A DNA stretch of 64,000 nt from Macrostomum hystrix (GCA_950097015.1 CATNEN010000001.1:6510001-6574000); one strand, 5' to 3'; counted from the stretch's first letter, positions 9,605-22,758 are shown. Numbers and translations: made by a program. The notes: generated by a model not told the origin, from the letters alone.

Positions 9605-12600
9605 ACTTCGACCTCTGCCGACTTGGTCCTCGGTGCTTTCACTCGCTGGCGTGATGTAATGCAGCTTCAACTCGAACACCTTGCTCATCCACAGGTTATC
9701 AAAGTTCTTAATAGCCTCTTCGATTTCTTTGTCACTCTTGGCTCGCTTCACAATGGATGTAACGTGGTCCGCGTTGTCTGCAAAGATTTAATAATGAAAA
9801 AGATTCGCTATTCTACTCGTAATTGCTGAAACAAAAAATGCTAAACTTACTCTGCAGTCCCAGCTTGAGCAGTTCTCCAAGGGTCATAACCTCCAGGGAC
9901 TCTGAGTTGATCTGAATCACACCGCCAGTTAGTCGGACCAGCTGCTTCCAATGCCGCGGCTTCATTGCCGGGTCCTTCAGCTGGTCGATGAGTTCAAGCA
10001 CGCGCTTGATGGCCGCGATTTCGCCGCAGATGCCAGCGAACACGTCCCAGTCGTGACACTGCTCGGGCAGTCGCTCCAGCCGGGCTAGCTGGGTGCCGCA
10101 TGCTTCCGTTAGCTGCGGCGGACTCAGCCGCTTCCAGCGCTGCTTCCTCCAGTCGGCCTGCTCTGAGAGAAGCAGCCGGACTGTCTCCCAGGTCAGCTTC
10201 AGGTTGTCCAGAGTTTCCCGGCACTCCGCAATCAGATTGAAATCGATCACGTCGCTGCCTAGCAAGGTCTGAACTTCGCGCAGATCCTGAGCCTCCTCTT
10301 CAACGTCGCGTAGTGTGCGCGAGAAGTCGGCCAGCAGCTCCTGAACTTTGGGCAGCAGGCAGGCGTAGTTGAAGACGTTCGATTCAAACAGATCGTCGTA
10401 GAGCGACTGGACATTGGACTGGAAGTTGGCCAGGTCCGACTCGATGGTTCGGCGCTCGTTGTGAATTCTCGGCCCGAGCTTCTGCTTGGCTGAGATCACC
10501 TTGTTCTTGAGCTGCTGCCAGCGTTGAACACTCTGCAGACCGTCCGGATCGCGGATGTCCTCGGGCAGCTCGCACTCGAAGCTATTCAATAGGCGAATGG
10601 TGCGTCGCATGACATCGAACCGAGCGTCCATTTCCACCTGCTTGGACGAGATCTCGTTGAACAGTCGCATCAGGCGCATGAAACTGTACGTGTCCTTCTC
10701 CTGGCCACTGATGCTCTCGATCTGGGGCTCGATCTTCCGCAGAAAATCATCCAACTCGCGCAAAGTAACCTGCACCTGTTCCGTGAGGTAGGACGTGAAC
10801 TGATACACCCACTTGTTCGCTAGCGTTACCAGCACTTGTTTTAGTGGACGCATGTTGATCAGTAGCCAGCCCTGAAATAGAAAATTTCAGAAGTCATGAG
10901 AAAAGTACTCAACTAATTAACTCTTAAACTAAAAATTTGATTGAGCTATAGATGTATGATAAAGATGGTTTACAATTTACCTGGTTGCTACTATCTGGCA
11001 TCTCCTGTATCTCCTGCCTGGCCTCCAGGTACAGTTCGATCTCGTCTTGAAACTCGGCCAACGAAGGCACGCAGGCTCCGGCCTGACCGGAAGACTTCGG
11101 CGTCAAGAATGCCCGCTCTCCGAGGGACAGCTCGGCACCTCCTGCTTCGAGATCCTCCTCCTGCTGAGCGGTGAATCGCGAGCGCACGGAGCTCGGTCTC
11201 GATCTGGACGTCTGGAAAGCTGTTGACGAGGCGTTTTGCATCGACCTGCTGGGTGTTCTCGCTGGATTTGGTGAAGCTCGACCCTGTAGGAACTGTTGAA
11301 ATGTTTCGGCAATGTTCGGCACCCACAGGTAACGATAGTCGTTGAGGTACTCCACATAGTCGATGCAGCTTGCGGAGTTCTTCACCACTGCTTCGAGAAT
11401 CTTGGTTCTAGCGTCGGTGACTTCAACGTCGGTCAGGATCTTGTCGAGGAAGGGAGCTCGCTCCTCTTTGGTCAGCTGGTCATCGGTGGCAGGCAGATCA
11501 GCCAGCAGGTTGGTCAGCAGACCGGCTCGTCCCAAGAAGTCGCTGATCCAGCTCTGCGCCATCTCGGTGACGCTCCTCTCGTAGCTAAACTCGTCCAGAG
11601 GCGGTCGGAAGCCGATGCTGCACTGGACCAGATCCAGGCGGACTGTCAGTATCGGCGCGGCTGGATTATGCGGCCCGCTTAGTCCCGCCTGCGCCAGACA
11701 GTTGGCCATGTTGTCCAGACTGGTCATAACGGAGTCCTTGAGTCGGGCGAACACGATGTCCTCGTTGATGCCGCGAACGTAGGCTAGCCAAACTGGCGAA
11801 GCTTTGCTGATGCCCAACGATTGGAAACTGGACTCGACCAGAGCGTGAATTCGATTGTTGCTAGGCTGCATGCGAGCCTCCAGGCCGTCAGTTAGCTGCC
11901 GGTGCATGCGCTCAAGCGGCTCGGGCTCGTAGCTGATGCCGGGCTCTCGGCCCTTCAAAGTACGATAGTGAAAATTATGTAGATCGTCGGAATTTTGTGC
12001 GTGATTTCACAGTTGTAGCTCCACTTCATATAATTTTGGATACATGAACGAGAGGTTGGAAGTTCGAATATTTGAGTAACGACGCTTACTACTCATTGTT
12101 TCAAAACAATGAAAGGGGTCATATTAAGAAGGTTGCAGCCTAGAGGTCAGAGCGTTGGACTCACAACTTGAAGGTCGGGGGTTCGATTCACGATTCCACT
12201 ATAATAAACTTTGTTATTTAGCAAGACATTAACTCTGCATTGCTTCCAGCTATTAGCTAAATGGGCACAATCATTAGTTAAGATAATTGAGGGTTGGGTG
12301 TAGCGTCCCAACACTGAACAGAACCATGAACTGAACAACCGTACGCAGCCTTCAGATACGCCCTCAGTAGCTGCATGCTGTCGGCTGCACGTCTGGTCCG
12401 ATAGGGACAGGTGTAATAAATTATTGTTACTGTACTGTTTAATACATAAAATATATTTAAAAAATGCCGCCTTACCTGGAAAATGTCCAGCACCCCCGTA
12501 GTCCAGGTGTCCGCAATCGTACGAATTTCGTCGCAATTCGCTTTCAACGTTCGCAGCGTCGTTGACAGCAGCTCCAGCACCAGAACATGCGAACGCTCCA

Positions 12601-15600
12601 CAAAATCAGCCGACTCGTCCAGCTTCCAGGTGTAGGCGCTGCATCCTTGTCGAAACAGTTGCTGGGCGTCGAGCACGTGACTCTGCAGTAGGAAGAACTC
12701 CGACTCAGTGAGGCTCTGCATTATGCCATTGTAGGTCGCCACGATGGTATCCAACCGTGCAGCCAGACTGCGCAGCTTGTCCAGGTCGGTGAGCCGGGCC
12801 AAGCGTCTGCCGGCCGCTGTCAGGCCGAGGTTGAACGGCTCGCCGGTCACGTGACGCATCTCGCGCAGCAGTCGCACCAGCCGGGGATCCAGATTCACTT
12901 CGTACTGGTCTAGATCGCCGGTCTCTTTGCACACTAGCAGAGAATTCTTCATGTAGTCGAACAGGGAGTCAGTGACTCCGTCCTGCCATTCCTTGATGAG
13001 GCCGGCTTCCTCATGGGCCACTTGTTCGAACACCTCGGCGTAGAGCGTCTTCAGCTGGTAGCCGAGCTCGCCTGTGAGCATGTGCGGCGACACCCGATGG
13101 ATCTTGAGCCAGGGCTGCTCAAGGCGCTGCCGCAGACCCCGCAGCCAGTAGAGACTGGACACAAAGCGCGGCATGTGACGAATCGGTGGCGGGTTGGACC
13201 GCTGGCTGCGGAAAATCTCCTGCACCACCATGAGGTCGGCGATGAAGCTCTTCACAATGAGCTCATCCTTGCCTTTCAGCACCTCCTGGGAAAGAAAATA
13301 TTAACTTTTTTTGTTTTCTAATTTGAACAGGAACGTTACTGAGCTCGATTCCGCGGCAAGGCCATATTTATTTGGTGCGCAGCCGTGGTTGAAGGCTTGG
13401 CGGCTTGTCATGCAATTAACGCCTTTGAAAGCCAACCTCCAAGGCACAGTGAGAGTGTACTCAGTGCCTGACGATGAAAAAGTCTAGGCAGAAATACACA
13501 CCTGTGTGAGTTTGGGGCCAGGGAATGGGAAGAATTGCCTCATCGCTGGCTGCAGGTCACCAAATAAATGGTCAGTGCCCACAGCCCTCCAGTAAATATA
13601 TATTTCTTTAATCCAACCTGTACAATCTCTCTTCCGCTGATGCCCTCGAAGACTTCCAGCAGGCGCAGCTGGGCCAGAACTGTCGGACATTGTTGCAGGC
13701 TCTGGCTCAAGATGTTGGCGAGGCAGCGTTCAAGCTCCTGGAGAATTTCAAGGATTTGTTTTAATGGGTAAAAGTAAAATCTAGCACTAATTTAAGCTTC
13801 AACTTTTATAAAAAGGGGTCTGTCAAAATTATCCTTTAGTAAAATTTAAAATTGTCTAAACCACATCTAGCTGAACGTACATTGTTCTCTTTGTCTAAAT
13901 ACAAATAGAGCGTATTAGTACAATTAAATTTATTAGTATGAACAAAAAAATTAATTTGTGAAACTCTGATCGAATACAACAGAAAACACATGCTGTCAAT
14001 GGGAAACAGGTATTTCAAACATACACAACTCCAACTAGAACACTTCTCTATTTTGTAAGGGAACAATTCTCACAATTAATGGCACTTTAATCGTGGGAAA
14101 ATTTTCGATTCCTTAGACAATTAGAGGAACAAGGAAAACATAGATTTTCGTCGAAAAAAGCTGACACCGTGTACCTACTCCTTCGGCATATTTTCCACCA
14201 TCCTGATTATAATAAAACAAAATCCTATATTAAAACAATGTGTATTTTTATGCATTCGTAACAAATGTCGTGCACATTAACCTGTGAGCATAGCATAGAG
14301 AATCTCTCTTGTGAGTCTGTTTCTCGTCTGTATTTGCGCACGCGATTAAAGCGATAGGATTCCAGGTACATTTGAGCACTAGAACAAGCATCGTCCTTGG
14401 CATAATAAATTTTCAACGATGTAAACTATATTTTGTGTGTAAATGTGTTAGAATGACGAATTTTTAATTACGTGTGACATAAATGTTTGTGAAGTAAAAA
14501 ATAACGTGAACAAGATGCCATTTTATTCAAAATACGAGTGTGAGCTTTTCTTACCAAATCTTAATTACCTGTTAGACCTTTTGATTGCAAGAAGAGTGCA
14601 TGGGTTTACTCAGGTTTAAGCCAGTAAAATTGGAGAAATCAAATTCAAAGGTATAATAAATGTATAGAGAATGATGTCGAAGGATAATTTTCAGTTGAAG
14701 ACGAATGCCAGTACAAACTTATAATAGGTTGATAGATGACAGCTTTGCAGGTCACTTACCCGAACAACCGTGCGAAAGTCGAAGAAAGCTCGCTCAAATT
14801 CCTTCGGACGATCCAAATCCAGTACGTTAGACACCTGGGCAAAGAAGTCGTTCATTGCCGTGCTGTACTTTTCGTGAATCTCGCGCACAATGGCGTCCAA
14901 CGATTGGCTACCAGCGCCGCCGATTTCAGCGGCGTCCGCCAGGAGTCTAAAATGTTGCGTCGTCTGCACCAGCTCCAGACAGTCGGTGCATCTCTCCATG
15001 AAGGCGTTGAACAGAGCGAAGCAGGGTGCGTTTCTAGGCGGCCAAGGGCTGTCTAACAGCACCGGATCCACCTGGTACTCAGGGTCGTTCAGGTAGTCAG
15101 AGCGTTTTAGTCCGTGCTTGAACGTGTACTTGTGAGGGCCGTACATTCGCACCGACCAGATCTCCGGCTTTGGCATGTGGTTTCTGTTTTTTAATAGAGA
15201 ATAATCATGCAATAGCGAAAACAATAACGAGCTCGATGCAAACTTTATGAGTTTCTATTTATTTAAGAGTAAAATGACCACTGGGGTATATTTCGAATAA
15301 CCACGTATTTTCTATTTCTGTATCTTCCAAAATATTCAGCTTATCCCCATGAAAATTCTGAAAAATTCTACAGAATCACAAAACATCGCCATCAATATAC
15401 TCGTAGGCATAATTTTTCTGCTCACAAAATTTCATCATGTTACCACGTCGGCTATTATCGTTGATTATAATGCATTGATTATACTGCTTCTATTTTTCTA
15501 TTATTGAACCAATATACACATTTATATTCACCACAGATGTTTATGCACAGCAAATTTTGTTGGCCTTGTCACCATGGTCTTTGACAAGCATCACTGAATA

Positions 15601-18600
15601 TCTCGACGACGGCTTTAAAAGTTAGTTCATCGACCGTAAAGGGCTGAAAATTTAGAGCCATATTGTGGACTTTGCTATCGTGAAGTAGGCAGTGGGTATC
15701 GAAATACCCCGTGGTCGTTCCCCATAGGAAAAATGCCGTAGTCATTCTACTGTTAATAAACGATCGATAGTTTGTGTTTCCGTTATTTAAATTTTGATTT
15801 ACGCTCGTAAAAAAATCGCGGAAGTTCACAGCATGACGTAGTATAACAAAAGCAGGTCGAATAAATTAGTTTGGGTATATAAATAAAAACATAAATAATT
15901 TCTTGTCTCTTTTCTATAGGGTTTTACGAAAGAGAAATCGAGAAACAAAAATCTGAAATATCCATGGGAATATTGGAAAACGCCTACGCTGCTTTGGAGG
16001 TAATTTTTTTAGTGGATAGAATAAATATTAATCGACGAGTAAGCTAAGACACATCAGGAATTCAATTAAATAATTTTTGCTTTAACTAGGCAATCATCTC
16101 TTACGCAAATGCTACGTAGGCCGACTTATAAGTTGGATCATTTTTCCTGAAATAAAGATATTGTTAAATTTTTATGAATATTTCTCAACTTCTTTTCTGT
16201 CAAATAAAAATCGTATACTTAAGTTAAAACTGATTAGGAAATATAATTTTAAACACTTATTTTAGACCGATTTCATCTAGCCTTGGCTTACATCTTCTCC
16301 AGATTTTCGGCCACATTTTTCTTGTTGATGGCGTCGGCCTCCTCTCGGCAGTCAACATAGGCTCCTTTGAATGCGGCGCACAGTTTTTGCACCTCCTTCA
16401 GCTTGTGAAACGACTGCAGTGGATCTTTTAAAACGTCGTTGCCAACGTACTGAATTGCCAGGTGGACAACTTCGTTAGCAACCAGTTGCAACAGGCTGCA
16501 CAGGTGCCGGCCCTGCGACATGGGTGGATAATTTGTTTGTTTTTTTGAAGTACGACATGCAGCCAATGAGAGGTGGTTCAGCTGACACTAAAACACGTAC
16601 GCACATAGATAACGTACGTAGGTACACACTCACACATAAGTGTACATCAGGCCTGACTTTTCATCCACAGTCATTGTGCTCTGGGGGAAAACTGTCTAGT
16701 AAAAAACGGTTAAAATCTATCAGTCTTAACTTGGTTCACATCATCTACCAATGTACTCCGTGTTCCCATCATAATCATCTACAAATGTACTCCGTGTTCT
16801 CATCATCATCTACCAATGTACTCCGTGTTCCCATCTTCATCATCTACCAATGTACTCCGTGTTCCCATAATCATCTACCAATGTACTCCGTGTTTCCATA
16901 ATCATCTACCAATGTACTCCGTGTTCCCATAATCATCTACCAATGTACTCCGTGTTCCCATAATCATCTACCAATGTACTCCGTGTTCCCATCTTCATCA
17001 TCTACCAATGTACTCCGTGTTCCCATCATCATCTATCCATGTACTCCGTGTTCTCATCAGCATCTACTAATGTACTCCGTGTTCTCATCAGCATCTACCA
17101 ATGTACTCCGTGTTCCCATCATCATCTATCCATGTACTCCGTGTTCTCATCAGCATCTACTAATGTACTCCGTGTTCTCATCAGCATCTACCAATGTACT
17201 CCGTGTTCCCATCATCATCTACCAATGTACTCCGTGTTCCCATCATCATCTACCAATGTACTCCGTGTTCCCATCATAATCTACCAATGTACTTCGTGTT
17301 CTCATCATCATCAACCAATGTACTCCGTGTTCTCATCGATCATCGATCTACCAATCTACCCCCGGGTTTCTATCATCATCTACCAACGAAATATGAGTTC
17401 TCATCATCAACTCAGAATTCTCACCGCTGTATTCTCTTACCTGATGATACCAGCTGTGATTGCTCCACAGCAGCAGCACCAGCTTCAAGATTGGTCTCAG
17501 CCTAGCTGCCTTCTCAGTCAAGCTTCGAGCCTCCCTGAGCTCAGTCACCCAGGCCTCCAAGGGTCGCAGGTAGGTGAGAATTTCTTTAGCAAACTGTTTG
17601 CCTGCGTCAATCTCGACGACAACTTCGTCAAAGGCTGCAGCGTAGGCACTAGACACAGACTGAAGGTGCGACATGATGTCTATGGCCTCCTGACGCTCCA
17701 ATTGCATTTGCAAGCTTTCAAATGTGCGCTGACGGTCGCGCCAGACGGCTATCTCGGATAAAGGACCGGGATCTGGGCCATACTTGTGCTGCAGCTGGTC
17801 GATTGGATCTGACCGAATGGCGCTCTGAAAATTTCCCAAGTTTTGAAAGTTTTATTTTTCAACTTTACGTTTGCTTGCTGAAGTTCTAGACGGATGGAAA
17901 GGTTCTGTTTGAAGTCTACGCCGAAAGTACAAGAAATGTACTTTAATCTTAGTTTTTTCTATATTGCTTTACGAGAATGCTAGACTGAAGTATGAATCAT
18001 AGGTTTATAAGTCAACTGTTAGATCAGTTTGCTAGCAAGACTACATTAGCATGGGGTTGTACTGGTTAGAGCGTCCATGGGTACCAGCATCAGCTGGGGC
18101 AATGGAGGGTGGGTGTGGCGTCCCCCCAGTCCATGGACTGAACAGCCGTACGCAGCTTTCAGATGCGCCGCGCCGCGCGGCGCATAGCTGCGGCTGTCTG
18201 TTTGCTGCACATCTGGCCTCATTAGGCCAATTGAAATAGCAAAACTTAAAACTAAAACACGCATCAAAATTGAAAACTCACCCTAATCTGCTTCATCCAG
18301 TTGACTACGGTGGTCTCCAGAATGTGTACCACGGCCAGGCCTCGAGTCTCGCTGACCTGAGTCAGCACCTCCAGGCTCGGCAAGGGTAGGACCGTGTCGC
18401 CCTGCGCCTGATAATGCGCCGATTCCACCGCCGCCATCAGTCTGTGAAGAAAATCGGACAATTTGTCAACATTGACGGCGCTGTCGGGTGCTGACTCGCT
18501 GACTGGCGGCTGCTCGGATGCTGTCAGGCTTGAAGATGCTGGACGGGCCGCCTTGGCGCAGAGGCTCGGCAGGAAGACTTCGCGCAGCAGCAGGTGAGTG

Positions 18601-19062
18601 TGATTGAGCAGCGATGAGGAGCCCTCGATGCAGCTGACCTCCAGATCTGATAGGCAAGCATTTTATTTAAGTTTTTATCGACTGTTGCATTTACAGTAAA
18701 TAAAAAACTGTCAGCCCGAAGTGACTCACTGATATTGTCAGGCGTAATCTTGATTGGATTCTTTTTGATAAAGAAGACCGACTTTCCTTGAAAGTCGTAC
18801 GGTGGATAAAGGGACACCTGGAGGGCATTGTTCCGCCTGTATGCGTACAACTTCTTGATGTCCTCATTGTCGATAAACTCGTAAAAAGCGAGTCTAAAAT
18901 TTATATTTATTTATTTTAAGTAACTAATCAGTCTTTTTGATTGGGAATGTATATAAGAACTTACTTATACTCATCTTGTTCAATAAGACTCTTTGTTTCT
19001 GAAACAGTTGCTTGAACTGCAAACTCCAATTTCCTTTCGAACCATTTTACGCATTCATCCAT
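9605..19062 (-). CDS. Axonemal dynein heavy chain, 5' part (tail/DHC_N1 to start of linker DHC_N2); probably continues left of the window
   Basis: Exons 19062-18965, 18893-18730, 18646-18282, 17824-17441, 16512-16292, 15183-14760, 13737-13618, 13285-12476, 11952-10981, 10871-9851, 9777-9605. All introns GT-AG with consistent phases, 4752 nt in total. Motifs GDTVLPLP, HILETTVVNWMKQIR, PGPLSEIAVW, VNLDPRLVRLLRE, GWLLINMRPLKQ and DPAMKPRHWKQL resemble outer-arm beta-type (DNAH9/11/17-like) chains. Confidence 0.9.
12135..12425 (+). mobile_element. tRNA-derived SINE (copy A)
   Basis: A-box-like GCCTAGAGGTCAGAGCG and B-box GGTTCGATTC. Body motifs (GCATTGCTTC, TAAATGGG, CCATG(A/G)ACTGAACA, GGGACAGGTGTA) are shared with the copies at 18.0, 38.0 and 60.8 kb. 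Confidence 0.8.
15276..15716. mobile_element. Decayed MITE-like element with ~25-bp imperfect TIRs
   Basis: GACCACTGGGGTATATTTCGAATAACCAC (15276-15304) versus the reverse complement of 15692-15716, GACCACGGGGTATTTCGATACCCAC. No TSD resolved. Confidence 0.6.
16738..17335. repeat. 31-bp minisatellite (ATCTACCAATGTACTCCGTGTTCCCATCATC)n in a dynein intron
   Basis: Period 31 (16873 to 16904); some units carry one extra trinucleotide. Confidence 0.95.
18030..18230 (+). mobile_element. tRNA-derived SINE (copy B, internally deleted)
   Basis: GGTTAGAGCGTC joined to ATGGGTACCAGCATCAGCTGGGG...CCATGGACTGAACAGCCGTACGCAGC, homologous to copy A. Confidence 0.75.
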
Positions 19063-20151
19063 CTGAAAGGAAGGTTAATTAGAAGGCTAGATTAAAAAGC
19101 AACTGTACTTTAAACTTTTATAAAGGTTAAATAGTATAATGAGGTACTAAACATATGCTTGGTCCTGGCCGGCATATACAAGTAAAAGTACTAATAAGTA
19201 TAAGACAGCATTGGCCCTGTTTGTAAAACAGTGAAAATTATAAATACATTATAAAAGTTTTCTGGGAAATTCCCAATAAGTACTGTGCTAAACGGTGCAG
19301 TTCTTAGATTGTTTAGTTTTAATTTATTTTCCTTTTTATTTTAAGCAAAAGAGTCATAAAAACATTGTTATCAACACCAAAAGTACTATACTATAATATT
19401 ATAAACTTATAACAATTAGACCGACTAATCAAACTTTAAGTTATTTTAGGTGTTAATGCCTTTAGCACTTTTGTGTATTCTTAGGAATAAAACTGATTTA
19501 ACTATTCGTTTAATTAACTTTTTTACTTCGATTCATTTACGTCGAGAGAAAAATGAAATGCATAATTCCCACTGTTAAAATTGCGCTTTAAGCCTTTGCT
19601 AAGGAAATAAGCAGCATAACAAAAAGTAAAAAGCTTATTAGAATTTTATAGATTATAAGCACTATAAAGACATTAAAAAATACAAAATGAAATAAATATA
19701 TTTCATGGAGAAATTTATAGATTAAAGTATTAGTTTCTTTTTTCGCCTGTTTTTAAGTTTCCCGTTGTAAACGTGGTAATTTAATCCATTCACACGCGAC
19801 GCGATAATCTACCATCATTCACGCTTTGAACTGTAACTGAATAAAGTACCTGTGATTTTCTATAATAATTATAAACTAAAAGCTTGAAACAAATCATGAT
19901 CCTTTTAGGCTGTAATCCGCACAATTTACATGATAAATATTGATAATTATTATTTTTTTACTTTTGCCTTGTGGCATTTAGGATTTTTTCTTTTTTACAT
20001 ATTGGAGAAGTATGCTGTGCTTATAATAATGCCTATCTTAATTTCTATTTATAATGCTAATTAATATTGGCCAATTCCACCAAGAGAGTATTTAAATGTT
20101 GTCTATCTATACAAGTATTGTATAAATGATATTGTAGCAATATCACGGTTA

Positions 20152-20768
20152 GGCAATCTTGCAGTTCTGCACGTTTAATTATTTTTAATTTAAAAATGGT
20201 GCCAGAACATGTTACACGTCATTTGATATGGCAGTTGTGTGGCTTGAGCCCATGAGTATGTCTGACAGGTCGGCGGCAACTCTTCTGCCAATCATTGCCC
20301 ATCATGTGCTTCCTAGCAGTTGAATCGTGGACCAGTGGCAAGCCTAGGCCTATAACCAACTGGCCAACCATGTGACTGTCAATCACTGGCTCAACTTCGT
20401 GGACCCCAACAATCCAATGGTCCATACCAACACCATTGAAGGCACATGGGCACATGTCAAGGCTAGACTGCGGTCCATGCACAGAACATCAAAGGCACTA
20501 TTCGAAACACACCTAGAAGAGTTTCTCTGGTGCCGGTGCTTCCAGCGGAAAATCTTTGGGAATCTTCTATTCTGGGTGGCTCACTACTACCTGGTGTAAT
20601 TGGTGCAGCTTTTGCTAGTCTCTCACTCTGACTCTGAGGTTTCCAGCATGTGTCTGACTGTCTCTTGTTGTTTCCTGTTGCATTGCATTGCATTCCATTG
20701 TCATTATGTTGCTGTCTGAAACTATTTTAAATTAAAAATAATTAAATGTGTGGAACTGCAAGATTGCC
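20152..20768 (+). mobile_element. Merlin (IS1016/IS1595-like) DNA transposon deletion derivative
   Basis: ~50-bp TIRs GGCAATCTTGCAGTTC...TTTAATTATTTTTAATTTAAAA. Degenerate 8-bp TSD CACGGTTA/CACAGTAA (6/8). Transposase C-terminal remnant LLPIIAHHVLP..IVDQWQA*..TVNHWLNFVDP..HTNTIEGTWAHVK..HLEEFLW. Confidence 0.9.
20280..20599 (+). pseudogene. Merlin transposase fragment
   Basis: VNH-FVDP, HTNTIEGxW and LxEFxW motifs. In-frame stops upstream and no N-terminal domain. Confidence 0.85.
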
Positions 20769-21244
20769 CACAGTAATTTTTTGCATAATTCTTGCTTTAT
20801 AAAAATGTGAAAATATTTTGATTATGGCCCTAGTTCTGGCTTTAAAAAATATTGTGGCATGACTATAGTTAGCTCCAATTGAAACTATACAGTTTTGGCC
20901 ATAGACAGGTTAAGTGGCTTGAATAGTTGGATCAATTTCAGACTACATGTGATGCCTTGGCACAAATTCAACTTTAGCCTAAAGTAATTATTAATGAAAA
21001 ACAGACTGCAGTATTGCCAATATTGTTATCTAGGCTAGACATTTTGTAGCATATGCCTAATTAATAAAAATTTACTATTCTAATTGCTATAACTTATAAT
21101 TTGGTATTCAAACAAATTTTTATGCTTCTCTTTAAAGCTGCCTATATGAAATCTATTAATTGGTACAAAGCAAACATGATTTGATATGATTCAGTACATA
21201 ATATATAATAGCTTTTCAGTCATTTTGTCTAAATGTCATTTCTC

Positions 21245-22595
21245 AATCCAGTTAGTTGGTCTGGTACTAGTCATCTCTCTTACCTATCTCTCATACCTAT
21301 GATCAATCCATTTAGTTGTTCTGGTCATAGTCACCTCTCTTCCTTATGATCATTCCATTCTGTTGGTCATATTCATCTCTCTTCCCTATGATCATTCCAT
21401 TCAGTTGGTCATATTCATCTCTCTTCCCTATGATCATTCCATTCAGTTGGTCATAGTCACCTCTCTTCCCTATGATCATTCCATTTAGTTGGTCATAGTC
21501 ACCTCTCTTCCCTATGATCATTCAATTTAGTTGATCATAGTCATCTCTCTTCCCTATGATCATTCCATTCAGTTGGTCATATTCATCTCTCTTCCCTATG
21601 ATCATTCCATTCAGTTGGTCATAGTCACCTCTCTTCCCTATGATCATTCCATTTAGTTGGTCATAGTCACCTCTCTTCCCTATGATCATTCAATTTAGTT
21701 GATCATAGTCATCTCTCTTCCCTATGATCATTCCATTCAGTTGGTCATAGTCACCTCTCTTCCCTATGATCATTCCATTCTGTTGGTCATATTCATCTCT
21801 CTTCCCTATGATCATTCCATTCAGTTGGTCATATTTATCTCTCTTCCCTATGATCATTCCATTCAGTTGGTCATAGTCACCTCTCTTCCCTATGATCATT
21901 CCATTCAGTTGGTCATATTCATCTCTCTTCCCTATGATCATTCCATTCAGTTGGTCATAGTCACCTCTCTTCCCTATGATCATTCAATTTAGTTGATCAT
22001 AGTCATCTCTCTTCCCTATGATCATTCCATTCAGTTGGTCATAGTCACCTCCATACATGCGCAACACCCGGCCGACCCGGCCGAACCGGCCGGGTGAAAC
22101 GAGGGCCAAGCAAGGTAAGTCGCAAAAACCAATCGACCAAGCGCCAAAAAATCAAAGGGGGGACCAAGGGACAAAAAAGGAAGGCGTGAAGAAAAGGAAA
22201 AAGGGGAGAGAAAAATAGAGCAAATGAGAGCAAACTAAGTCGTAAATAGAGCAATGAAACGAACTAAGTCGCAAATGAGAGCAAAAACTAAGTCGCAAGG
22301 CCGGCTAAGATTTGGGAGGTTGCGCATGTATGGTCACCTCTCTTCCCTATGATCATTCCATTCTGTTGGTCATATTCATCTCTCTTCCCTATGATCATTC
22401 AATTTAGTTGATCATAGTCATCTCTCTTCCCTATGATCATTCCATTCAGTTGGTCATAGTCACCTCTCTTCCCTATGATCATTCCATTCAGTTGGTCATA
22501 TTCATCTCTCTTCCCTATGATCATTCCATTCAGTTGGTCATAGTCACCTCTCTTCCCTATGATCATTCCATTTAGTTGGTCTGGCCATAGTCACT
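21245..22595. repeat. 42-bp minisatellite (TCACCTCTCTTCCCTATGATCATTCCATTCAGTTGGTCATAG)n, interrupted by a MITE
   Basis: 14-aa pseudo-repeat MIIGKRGDYDQLNG equals 42 bp. Confidence 0.95.
22052..22332. mobile_element. 281-bp MITE (hAT/P-type)
   Basis: Perfect 14-bp TIRs CATACATGCGCAAC, perfect 8-bp TSD GTCACCTC (22044-22051 and 22333-22340), and four internal TAAGTCG motifs. Confidence 0.92.
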
Positions 22596-22758
22596 CATCT
22601 ATCCTCTGTTTTAAATTTATTCGGTAATAACTTTTATTTCCAATTCTCATTTCAGACATTTTGCTCTTTTAGTTAAATTCTATCAAAGAAGATATTTCAG
22701 AATTCGCTCGGTTTACATTAAACAGTTCTTAAAGCCTAAACATTAGATTCATTAAAAA

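Noticed and set aside
12135-12200. Possible tRNA genes (also at 38.0 kb, 60.8 kb and ~85-150)
   Set aside because: No acceptor stem or cloverleaf. The first three continue into a shared SINE body; the 85-150 stretch has only a B-box-like word.
13460-13495. CTGACGA-T-GAAA-AAGTC minimal hammerhead-like string
   Set aside because: No stem II and no stem I outside the catalytic core. The surrounding block may be a repeat fragment but could not be classified.
21312-21992. MIIGKRGDYDQLNG repeat resembling an amidated neuropeptide precursor (GKR sites)
   Set aside because: It is the 42-bp satellite: in-frame stops in variant units, no signal peptide, no splice context, and a MITE insertion.
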